64,000 nucleotides of DNA. It comes from Balanoglossus misakiensis. Lineage: Eukaryota > Animalia > Hemichordata. The stretch's first letter is position 1. The number at the start of each line of letters is the position of its first letter. Where the stretch lies: positions 3,092,345 to 3,156,344 of the forward strand of contig CM082579.2 of NCBI GenBank assembly GCA_040954595.2, written 5' to 3'. A model generated the notes under the pieces. It was not told the DNA's origin and did not search any database. It was given only the letters and a program-made list of their open reading frames with translations. Made by a program: the position numbers and the translations under genes. Below are positions 51,301 through 64,000 of this stretch, in pieces.

Positions 51301-54300
51301 CATGTCAGTGCAATATTTGCTCTCTATGGAGTGGTACATGGATTCTGCATCATCGAGTCATCCTACTCACATTTCTTTTAAATGCACAACAAATAACAGT
51401 GCTCTACATTTTCTACGTCTGGCAACTGTAGTACCGGTATATTCTTAGAGCTAAACCTTAGTACAAAATACTGATTCTTTCTCTGCACATTCATTGTACT
51501 GTTATATGCAGTGTGTTGAAACATTTCAGTCACATTTCAGTTATAGCATTTATGGCATTCAGTTCAATCACACTGACGCCATACTTTTATATTCACAGAT
51601 CAAATACATTTTATTGATTTATTCTGCAAAAAAATGGGCAGACTATAGTGGATCTTTTATTACCTATGTTGTAATCAATTTGCCGTAAAATCATTAAAAT
51701 ACATTCTCATTTTCTTTAAAAGAAAGGACAGATGGCAGCGTTGCAGATGTGCAGATGTTGCTCTAGTTCTCCAGGTTTTCAAGGGAGATTGTTGCAACTC
51801 GATGGTCCTGTCTCACGACACTGCTGAGTGACTTGGCCGAAGTATTCCTCTTTCTTGCGCAGGGAACAAACTTGCAGTACGCGTTCTTGAAGTCCTTGTT
51901 GTAGGTGTAGAGAAACGGGTTGACTGCAGAGTTGGCGTATCCCAGCCAGCTGCAGTAGTTGGTCAGGGTCTTCAGTGACATGCAGTCCGGGTAATATGCG
52001 TATATCATGTTGGTAATGAAGTAGGGCATCCACATTGCAGTGAAAGTCAGCACTAGAAACACGGTTGCCATGACAGCCCTTGCAGGCGGTCGCCTGGGGC
52101 CCATAGAGCGGGTGTGCACCGAGATCTGGCGGGACTGTCTCCTGGCGATCCGGTAGATCCTGACGTTGGTGTAGAAGAGAATCGTGAAGGGAATGATGAA
52201 GCCGACAGTGGCAGCGTACCAGATCATTCCGACGCTCCAGTGCGTCTGGCAGGAGAAGTTGTCGCAGTCATCCACGTAGAGTGCCGAGACGTGCCCGCAG
52301 ACGGCCGGTATCCATGACAGCAATGCGGCCAGCACCCACATCGTGAGCACGGCGACGACGATTCTACGTGTCGTCACCTTGTGCGAGTACTGCAGTGGCC
52401 GGGTGATGTTGGCGTACTTGTCCGAGCTGATGAGGAGGAGGCTGAAGATGGACACCAGGCAGAGGAAGAGCTGCGACGTCAGCCAGATGCTGCAGAACAC
52501 CTCGCCCAGGATCCAGCCGTCGAACACCAACTGCAGCAGCTCGAACGGGAGGATGAAGATCCCCAGCACAAAGTCGGTAATCGCCAGGTTCAGAATCAGG
52601 TAGTTGGATATCTGCTGGTGTAATTTCTCGCAGAAGATGAAGGAGAGTAGAACCAAAATGTTGCCGGATATCACCAGAAACATGATAGAGGAGAAGACCA
52701 ATATTTCCAGCACATTCCGGTCCGCATGATCTTCATCGCATAATGTCAAGTTGCCCTCCATCGTGCAAAGAAGATAATGTTTTCAGATCTTTGATGTATA
52801 TGATGATACTGTTTAGAGTTCCTACCTGTGGATCTCGAGCTGTGATTTGCCCCGTCAATGCCTTTGTGATAACTGGTTTTGCAGAGTTTGCAGAGTAGAT
52901 AATGCAAAAGTTATAATGACACACTCTTCCTCCAGTGATACATCTTACTGTACTGTAGGTTGTAACCATGTAAACTGTAAACGTTACCAAATGCCTGTGT
53001 GGAATCAACTCTGCATGTAATACATGTACTAGAGACAATGCTGTCCAACTGGATAAAATAAACTGTAGATTCTTTGCATAAAAGAGAATTACCACCAGAT
53101 GTCCAGGATTTCCATCTGCCGTTACAATAGAAACGTTTTCATGCGATACGTCTGCCGCCGAATCAATTAAAATGTCCTTCCTCCGGTTCTCATCGACGGG
53201 AAGAGCGTCATATTCCATTGTCTGTCTGAGCACTTCATGATGAAAGCCCTGATTGGTTCATTTTGTCTCGCATGACAGTCTGACTGCGGTTTAAAGATCT
53301 TGAGAGAGCGAACGTCAATGCCGTAGGTCAATGACCTGTCCACTTTGTCCAGGCATGGGCTGTAGAGGTTTTCATCACTTGGTCAAATGCATGTGTAGCC
53401 TGTGAAATGCAGTGAAGCCTATTCTGGCATTTCACACACACACAGCCGCAGGACAGAACTGGTCAGAATCTGATCTTTGAATAATTACGCTGCGATTTTG
53501 CAATAATTTAGTAGGATACGATGAATCAACTATTTACACACTGTGGCACATGTTGCCCGAACGTAATTGGCAAGTATTTGCCAGTACTCAGAAAACAGGA
53601 AGCTGGCAAACGATATGTCTTTTTTTTCAGGAAAAGTATGACTAGGCTGCAGACCAAAAGCTATAAATGTAACCTTCCTATCAGGAGATATCTCAGAACC
53701 TCACCATTCATCATTGACTTGCGTACTTTAATTTCAACACTTTCGCATTTTTTGAGTGTTCCTCAGTGGTTACCTAGAGCTCAACAATGAAAGGTCAGCA
53801 AAGAGGTCGACCCAGGATTTTAATCGACACTTTTGGGTTTCCTGAATGTCACAGATCTCCGCTGTGAGAATACTGAGACTGAGTCATCGACTGCAAGCCA
53901 AATGTTAATCTTGTTGGTATTTTACTCATTTAGAGTTACTCACGTACACTTGTATTTGTATGTATAATTAAATAAGGTGTTCACAGGAAACCTCTGGGCT
54001 TTGGCAGTTTGAAGCCTGTTAATTTCCTGTTGCACTAAAAATAAAATAATTTAATTAATTGACAGTTGACATTACCCATTGCCTAGAAATGGAAATGTTG
54101 ATTTTTGTGATTTCTTAAATTGACAATTGTTCTGGTGCTGTTTGCCTTGCACTGTACCTGCCAATGAAAGCGAGAGCAAATATCCACCGTTCTGTGATCG
54201 CTCTCTGAATATTTGTTTCTAGACTGTGTCAATTTGAACAAAAAATAGTCATTAGGCAATCGCTCGTAATGAACACAGCTAAAATTTCACTAACCATTCA

Positions 54301-55700
54301 ATTCAGCCATTCTTTGGTCACAGGATTACTGTTATTGATCAAGCTAATGGGAAAGGGAAGTAACCTTCATAACCTTTAATTGCATCAATTAATAAATAGT
54401 GTGACTCATTAAAGCATGAACATTAATAGTTCAGAGAAATGTCCCTATAAAAAAATTTCATGTCAACAAAATTTCTGATCAACAGATGTTACTGCGATGT
54501 TGTCAGTGTTTAAAATATACCGGTATATGACAATAACAGGCTCTTTTTTCAAGCTGCTGAGGTTACAGACAGAGACAGATGTGTGTGTGAAACATATATC
54601 AGTGAAATATTTTAAACCAGAAATTTGTCAAAATGTACCAGCTTGCAGTTTGTGTTTCATCTGCCAGATTATAGGGAAAGTACATGTTGATAGATTTGAT
54701 CATGTTTGCATCAGTTTGATTTTTTAGAACGATCAGATCTGCATTTTGAGTCTTGTGCAAGTATGTAACAATAATCATATTACTATTATGGTACTACAGA
54801 CAGTCTTAATTTGCTACACCGATCTGGTTCTGTGAGTGCTCTACACTTGGTTCCTCTATAAGGTCGCAGAACCAGCATAACTGTGCATAGCAAAACATGC
54901 TAAGCCCCGCCTGGCTTAATCATCAGGATACACCATTTGAGTAACCAATGAAGGGGTATGGTGGTGGTGGTGGTGGTGGTGGTGATGATGATGATGATGA
55001 TGATAATGCAATGATGATGATCATGAAGATGATGATGACACCACATTGGTTCATTTTTGCTGGCATTTCAGGTCATGTTGAGAGATACACAGGGAGCTCT
55101 TGAAGACTTCAAATTAGCCTGCAAAAGAAGCCCTCACTCGGCACATGTGTACTTCAACCGTGGCAATCTCTATGCTTCACTGGGACAGTTTGACAAAGCA
55201 GAAAAAGACTACACACAAGGTGAGATGAAATCATCAAGCATAGCAAAGAATGATTTATTTCAATCACAACTGTCATGTCAGGACAACAGAAGAAGAATTT
55301 TGTCTTCTTCGGTTGAGGAACAGATTTTCAGAAAAATGGGTCCTCGAAACCTTTGAATTGTTTGCTATGATTCAACAGGTGCAGTTCCAATCAATAAAAT
55401 CCACAATCCATTAATAATTTTAATGGTTAACGTGAAGTGCTGATATAATAAAAAAATGTCTCATATAAGTAATCTGACACTTTGCTCCTGTGATGCATTA
55501 ATAAATTTCAACGTCTGATTGAAGACACTCAGAAATCCTCACATGTCTTTGTTTGCCTTGCTGCAGCATTGGAGTTGAAACCTGACGACGCCCTGGTTCA
55601 CAAGCGAAGAGCAGACGTTCTTGGAAAACTAGGACGACAAGATGAAGCCATAGTTGACTACAAGAGAGCCATTGAAATACGGAGCAAGAAGCACATCTAG
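30360..55700 (+). CDS. TTC6: Tetratricopeptide repeat protein 6-like, many exons, with a long low-complexity N-terminal half and a TPR array encoded from about 40.8 kb to 55.7 kb
   Basis: N-terminal segment FRYGFSHKDEIAIRQEIEQLKK resembles the recalled TTC6 N-terminus. Many TPR exons, e.g. AAIKDFTEMLIQEPNNALARTYRGRAYAKQGQYSNAIEDLSIAIHLDP, AYLSRAAFYGMKGRYSKGIINCNEAIKLQPNSVRAYLYR and AELYTNRGVINQFMGD. The last exon (55567-55700) ends in TAG. The start codon and some N-terminal exons are uncertain. Confidence 0.8.
32684..32786. repeat. (TTCA)n microsatellite abutting a TTC6 3' splice site
   Basis: Perfect TTCA array ending directly before the CAG acceptor at 32787-32789. Confidence 0.95.
36750..37118 (+). 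other. Symmetric phase 1-1 exon of the TTC6-like gene encoding a TRADD-N-like domain
   Basis: 369 nt. Translation ..FKAYIEALPGGGRCLKISQGSLVFEVECSDGKTADAIWSAYRSGKLEKMLKDIL..LDLSIGLEDFNELKQDL fits the GSLxxxVxC..LWxxYxSGxL pattern of TRADD-like N-terminal domains (motif recall). Confidence 0.55.
47396..47700. mobile_element. Non-autonomous repeat element with two inverted-repeat units, in a TTC6 intron
   Basis: 17-bp inverted repeat at 47396-47412 / 47538-47554 (1 mismatch), followed by a 140-bp imperfect palindrome at 47561-47700 centred on CACTCGCTATCGCTCGTG. Family not assigned. Confidence 0.55.
49480..50571 (-). CDS. Intronless class A (rhodopsin-family) GPCR, aminergic/trace-amine-receptor-like, nested antisense in a TTC6 intron
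   Basis: TM1 GN, TM2 NLALSD, TM3 Cys and DKF (DRY variant), TM4 W, TM5 FLIP, TM6 FIIMWMPYF, TM7 GWLRYCNSAVNPWLY. First in-frame ATG at 50571. Confidence 0.9.
   Translation of the reverse strand: MSEMSESRMRTFLDALRAAEGHGYSHQISARGFVIEAPEVVTTVTPAVNATSPPLAGHVTSYLTAVELCAVILITLAVILGNCLAIASYIKFKKLRHPHSTALTMNLALSDFALGVFVLPLDIVRCFAWDLDLGQAFCAVWLTLVQLLSFTSILSLVVISLDKFASLRWPIKYLEKTSFRAVKAVICLVWFVALIVTCVLSKITGAKTSNDTCRMTWTGGVLLLTVLLAFLIPLFILLYTNIYIYCVAREQSKKITAQLNAAWSTTRQQYRQRRNNRAIKGVLIIVIVFIIMWMPYFTIQILVTAYPDDPVVTKLSFYFGWLRYCNSAVNPWLYAHNRDYRAAYKQLICCNCEAKLESETSTI
51763..52761 (-). CDS. Intronless class A GPCR, aminergic/trace-amine-receptor-like, nested antisense in a TTC6 intron
   Basis: GNILV, NLAITD, WILGEVFCSIW, DKY, FIIPF, FTAMWMPYF and WLGYANSAVNPFLY. 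N-terminal NLT glycosylation sequon. Confidence 0.92.
   Translation of the reverse strand: MEGNLTLCDEDHADRNVLEILVFSSIMFLVISGNILVLLSFIFCEKLHQQISNYLILNLAITDFVLGIFILPFELLQLVFDGWILGEVFCSIWLTSQLFLCLVSIFSLLLISSDKYANITRPLQYSHKVTTRRIVVAVLTMWVLAALLSWIPAVCGHVSALYVDDCDNFSCQTHWSVGMIWYAATVGFIIPFTILFYTNVRIYRIARRQSRQISVHTRSMGPRRPPARAVMATVFLVLTFTAMWMPYFITNMIYAYYPDCMSLKTLTNYCSWLGYANSAVNPFLYTYNKDFKNAYCKFVPCARKRNTSAKSLSSVVRQDHRVATISLENLEN
54958..55037. repeat. Compound (GGT)n(GAT)n trinucleotide microsatellite
   Basis: Directly visible near the 3' end of the large TTC6 intron. Confidence 0.85.
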
Positions 55701-56153
55701 GGATTGAATTGCTGGCCGTTTGATTATTCAAACCTTTTTGCACTTTTTATAAAAATTTGGTGAAATTGTGTTCGTCTTTCACCTACACTTTTACTTGTAA
55801 TACTGAACTTCAAGGTGCAACAATTTTGTTTGAACTTTGAGAGTCCGTCCATATTTTCATCTTTTATATTTCTGTGTATATGATGATTCTATAATGCACA
55901 TTATATTGTAAAAATATGCCGACCATTGCTATTTTAGTTGAATTTCCCTTTATATGCATATGCTGTACATTGTTGGTTGCAAATGAACTATTTAATTACT
56001 CACAGAGAAGGTAATCTAATTACACCAGGGTTTTCTCTTTTATGTAGCAGTGTTGAGTAATTTTTATTTGCCAGGAATTTAATATGAAACAAATTTTGCT
56101 CAGTGCCACTAAAGTGATTAAACAAAAGCCGCAAACAGTTCTAGTATTGCCAA

Positions 56154-56538
56154 ACCCGCCGTTGGTGGCGACATTAAAAAATCCAGAACAGAGAGCACCA
56201 TCCTGTATGTCAGAAGTAGGTCTCAAACTATTTGCATAAAAGCAAAGTTCGTGCCAACAGGTGCGAGGCTTCCGGAGATGGTCGCGAGTTTTCTATATAT
56301 AGAACTGGGTCACAATCAATTTGCATTTAAAAGGAAAGTTTGTGCCAACAGGTGAGATTCTGTCTGGCCATGTACGACCTTTGCCGACGGTGTACCGGTA
56401 CATGTTCACCAGACTAACACCTGCACAAAAGTTCCTTAAAATGCAAATAGTTGTGACCCACTTCTGACGTACGTGGACGTTACCCTCCAGGCTCTACTCT
56501 CTGTTCCGGATTGTTTAATGTCGCCACCTACGACGGGT
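56154..56538. mobile_element. MITE-like/foldback element with long imperfect terminal inverted repeats
   Basis: The left arm (about 56154-56254, CCCGCCGTTGGTGGCGACATTAAAAAATCCAGAACAGAGAG...GTCAGAAGTAGGTCTCAAACTATTTGCAT) is the imperfect reverse complement of about 56423-56538. An internal direct copy of part of the arm lies at about 56306-56354. Confidence 0.6.
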
Positions 56539-57015
56539 AGGGAAAATAACACAGTAGAAAAATGTGGCTTTCGTACCAATTTGAAGGCCTTCTGAATATG
56601 TATTTGAGAAATAAAACCAAAAAATATTCTTTGCGACAAAAAAACTCTGGAGACAAATATTCATCGCAATCCAACCTTTTCATTATTCAGATTATATCAT
56701 TTCTGCATGAATATTCGGTTCTCACTATAAAGATTACAATAGTTCTCGATCAATTGTGTTTTTGCTTCTGCTAAAAAATACACATCAAAAATGGCAGAAA
56801 AAGTAAAAAGTTCAGTCACAAAATCTTAGCGATAAGCTTCCTATTGGTGACCATGGCATTGGATCCAAGTTGCGCCAATACGGACAAATTTCAGCCAGCT
56901 GACCAAAACTGGTCGTTATTCGTCATATTCTATCACATGCCTCTCTCTGAAAGATAATTATCTAGCCTATTTCACCTAGGCCTAGATATTTTGCGCTATA
57001 GGCTACTGCAAGTCC

Positions 57016-57936
57016 TCACATTGTACATCCCCGACAGAAAAGTCGCTTGTATGCGTCACGAAAGTCTTTGTTCATGGCGTACATGATGGGATTGATGGCA
57101 AAATTTAAATTCACCAAGATATACGTTGCAATCATGAAGTCTGCAGAAGTTCGCGAACTGTTTATGTGAAACACAGTCAGCGCTATCATGTAGGGTGACC
57201 ACATGCAAACAAACGTTAGCACCAAAACCGCAGAATTTAAAAATGCTCTGAATTCCACAGAATTGAATCCTTGCGGGCGTGGTGACCTGTTCCCAAACTC
57301 CCGCACTTGTATCACATATCGCGCATTTATTTGCCGTACATGTCTCCGAACCGCTAAAAAGTTCTTAGTATTTGCGAATGTTATTATCGCAATCGGTATG
57401 GCTATTAGGCAGCAGAGGATGATGATGTATAGTGGTGACACGAACACGCACAATTTTGCTTCTACCTGGGCGAATACATGGATGACATTGGGAACTACTG
57501 CAAGCCCGAAAATGGGTAAAATCCAGGTAGCAAGTATAGCCCCCGCTATCCGCCTCGCCGTCACCTTCATTGCGTAGTGGAGGGGGTAGTTAATGTACAC
57601 GTACCTGTCAACTGTGATGAATAAAACGGAAAACAGAGAGCTGAACATAAACGACAGTTGTATCGCTATGGAGATATGGCACCCAATCGAATCTGGGAAA
57701 TACCACATTGTGAAGAAGGAGACGAAAGCCATGGCGCCTGCTCCTAAATTACCCAACGACAAATTAAAAATGAGGTAGTTTGCCAATCTGCGTCTCAGGG
57801 CAGAATGTGCCAGAAAAGTGACCACGGACAAGACATTGCCGAAGACGGTAAAAACCCATGTAGCAAAAAGGGCGAAGTGAACGGGATCATGAAAATGATG
57901 TGCTCCTAATGAAAGTTCACTCGAATTTCTTTCCAT
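57016..57936 (-). CDS. Intronless class A GPCR (306 aa), divergent relative of the two nested receptors
   Basis: GNVL, NLSLGN (D2.50 to N), DRY..INYPLHY, FVCMWSPY and NFAINPIMYAMNKDFRDAYK. The C-terminal motif is shared with the other two receptors (NKDFKNAY, NRDYRAAY). Confidence 0.9.
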   Translation of the reverse strand: MERNSSELSLGAHHFHDPVHFALFATWVFTVFGNVLSVVTFLAHSALRRRLANYLIFNLSLGNLGAGAMAFVSFFTMWYFPDSIGCHISIAIQLSFMFSSLFSVLFITVDRYVYINYPLHYAMKVTARRIAGAILATWILPIFGLAVVPNVIHVFAQVEAKLCVFVSPLYIIILCCLIAIPIAIITFANTKNFLAVRRHVRQINARYVIQVREFGNRSPRPQGFNSVEFRAFLNSAVLVLTFVCMWSPYMIALTVFHINSSRTSADFMIATYILVNLNFAINPIMYAMNKDFRDAYKRLFCRGCTM

Positions 57937-60264
57937 TGTTCTGAATCACGGATCGCAGCCAGTGAAAGTGTTTGGGTGCACAACAACGAACATGCGCTTA
58001 TAAAACTGCTTTATAAAGTTGAAATTTGATAAACGTTGTCAAATGTCCTCAAACTTGACATGACACAGGTGTTCTCGTGGTGGCCCAGTGCTGCAAGATT
58101 TGTCTATTGAAGTTTGTTCACGTCTCGAGTCAGGAATTGTTAATGTCCACAATTATCCGTCGTGTTTCATTTTCCAAAGGTCGCCTGAGGTTCCATCGAC
58201 TTTTTCCATGCTAAGAGTCAGTTCCATCTATTCTTCATGTTTCGGTTTTCCAGGTTTCCCAGTACCTTTATCCACTGAAGCATATTCAGCAAGCAGATAC
58301 GCCTTCAACATTGGCAACGACCAAGAAGTAGAGACGTAGGCCTATTTTAGCATGTAAGACCGGCTTGTAGACAACAGACACATATCCACGATGTAAACGT
58401 TCCTGCTCGAAAAAGAATCAACGTCTATAAGCCTAACATCAGAGTGGGTTCTACCACAGAAGGGACTGTGGTTGGCGATTAATTATCAAACTCGGCGATA
58501 AAACGCAAGCTGCACACTCATCTACCCGCTTCTCTCAAAATGAAATCTCCGCAGTCTTAATACTTATGAAGCGTCAGTATCGTCAGGAATCGACCCTAGT
58601 AACAAAAGTAACACTGCCTTTACAAATAGTATGTACACGATCGAAATTCCTCGAAGCAAACACGTATAAAGCATATAGAAGACGTCATTTTTTAATATTC
58701 GCCAGTCAATAATGATGCACCATGTCAGGGAAAGGACAAATGACTGACGTGTTACATTGATTTGTTTTCAAAGAGAAAATATTACATGACATAGACAAAA
58801 AGGAATCGCACTTAGTCGCCTGTAATTTAACTTGTACCCTAAAGCGTCGGTCGCTATTGAGTTACCCATAATGAAAACGATAATTCATACTGCGGATGTC
58901 GGGTGTATTTTATATCAGTGAGGACACGACTTTGATCATCTTCTCTATCAAATTATTGAACGTAAATGCCATAAATTCTGTGTGAATTTGTTTCCTGAAG
59001 AAATCAGGATTTTGGCTTTAGGCTGATTGGCAGAGCTTTTTGCTTCAGTTGCGTTAATAGCATGATTTTGTAGAAAATCAATTTGCAGACATATTAGTAA
59101 TTCTTCAGTCCGATGGAGGCTGATCAATCAAAACTTCTCAATAATAGACTGGTTGAAATTAATTGGTGAATATCAGTAAAAGATTTATGTCTGACTTTGT
59201 TTTGTGCTAATTCGCTGGTATTCAGATCGGTTTTTCACCCCGAGGCCCGAGTGTTAATGCGTTATCCAGTCTACGACATCATGATTGTATTTATATGGAT
59301 AGGGCCGGGGAGTCGTGATGATGAGATAAAAGCTGATTGAAATCATCTGCTGATCCGTGGTTACCTTCGTCAGCTCTTTGCTGTTCTCGCCAGCAGCAGA
59401 ATGAGAACAGCAAAAAACACAGCGTAGGTAAAAGATGATATCTACAGCTGATTTTAATCAGACTGGTTTAGAGAATTAAAGATATTGGCCTCACACTGAC
59501 CTAGAGTGCAAAGTACAGGGCGCTCCGATCACCAATTTCAACAGACTAGTACCGCTAAACCACTTGAAAGTTACGTTGATATAAATACCAAGATGAGACA
59601 GCTAGTCTCTGGCACGATTATATCATGATCAACAGAATAAAAAAACATAGAAATTGATAGCAGTCAAGATTTATATCCCACAACGTCACATTTTGAATTT
59701 CATTCATGCCATTAAAATACTCTCACCAAGTTTTAACTAGCAGTAATAAGATTTTATTAGAAAACAAAATACAGATTCAAATAAAACATTACATGAAGAT
59801 CTATCTACTGTACTTTATTTGCCTTGTAACATAATGTCAAGGTGTGCATTAGCACCTGCTGTGTGTCTACTTTGACACTGTCCGACAATTCACATCAATT
59901 GTCATTTTGGTTCTTATAAAATCACATCTGATTGGTCGTTTCTTGTTCACCAGTAAAATACTGAAATGTCACGTGCACCAAACAAACAACATGTTTCATT
60001 AAGCACATTCAATTCAATGTTGTCCACCACCAATTTTGTTGAGGAACACGTGTACACAAACCAGGGTAATGACCAGTTACTGGTATCACCCAGACATAAT
60101 AGCGTAGAAGCCGAATAAAATTGGGAAACCGGGTGTCACTTCCCTTTAATAAACAATAAGCCAGCTGGCTTCACTGAGACAGAGTTCTGCATAGATAAGA
60201 GGTGGATGTACTCATGTAGCAATTTCATCTTTGGTTCCGCACAACTTCTCCTCGATTTTGCAAA

Positions 60265-63365
<3,101 letters not shown>

Positions 63366-64000
63366 TTGCGAGCGAGCACCTTAATACTCAGATCAGCTAC
63401 ACTACAGGTCAGGTTAGGTCAGGTGACACTCATGTGATAGTTACAGACTATGAACTTTTGAACTTGTTGAAGGAACCAAGACATACGTAAGCCCGATTTT
63501 GATTGGGTTGATTAGAGTAGGGCTACCCGAGGATTCCGAAATGTGAGAATAAAGCAAGGGTCAACATGCATACAAAATCTTTTACTTTGAATAGTTTACG
63601 TTTCCGTAAACATCACAGGGACTATAGAACGGGAACTACAAAGGAACTACATAAAACAACTGGAACCAAAGTTTGCATGCTGCCGCCAACGAACCAATCA
63701 GAAACGAGATTCACAAATTGCATTTGGAATATGCCATTTATCATGACGATTGAAACAATAGTTTTAACCATATTGCTGATATGATGTTTACAATATAACT
63801 AAATGATTTGACAACATAGTGCATTTTCTGAGAGAAATACAGCATTTACTTATTTTTCCCTCCGACGAATCCGTATCAATCTCCTCGAACATGTATGGTA
63901 TATTCCGCATAACTTCCGGATATACATTTCCGGTTTTGCAATCTTGATCAGCATTGTGTAGTCGTAAACAATTTTTCGGCGTTAATATAAACATTTCGCA

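Noticed and set aside
52733-53233. 166-aa ORF upstream of the second GPCR
   Set aside because: It has a non-ATG start, no recognisable domain and overlaps the GPCR start in another frame. It is probably UTR or intron sequence.
54825-54875. Small hairpin CTGGTTCTGTGA...TCGCAGAACCAG
   Set aside because: The stem is only about 12 bp and has no tRNA, snoRNA or miRNA hallmarks I can support.

Overview
Eukaryotic, intron-rich genomic DNA from an animal, probably a marine invertebrate (species not determinable here). I found no rRNA, tRNA or CRISPR features. Bases 1-21.4 kb hold a tandem cluster of five paralogous multi-exon genes. Each fuses a dynamin/mitofusin-like GTPase with intact G1-G4 motifs to a long helical region and, where visible, a C-terminal DSTYK (RIP5/Dusty)-like kinase fold. 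Only one member (8841-12415) keeps all catalytic kinase motifs. Three are pseudokinases of two distinct types, and the fifth runs off the window before its kinase region. kappaB-like and IRF-like motifs lie near several members, so this is a candidate lineage-expanded GTPase-kinase/pseudokinase immune module (inference). The rest of the window holds a C2H2 zinc-finger gene, EMC6 (two consecutive U12-type introns around a 20-nt exon), MRPL28, a long TTC6-like TPR gene, three intronless class A GPCRs and TMEM144. The TTC6-like gene has a symmetric exon resembling a TRADD-N-like domain and hosts two of the GPCRs antisense in one intron. Exon coordinates were derived by hand from splice signals and reading-frame continuity. 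Family assignments rest on motif recognition and recalled sequences, not database searches.
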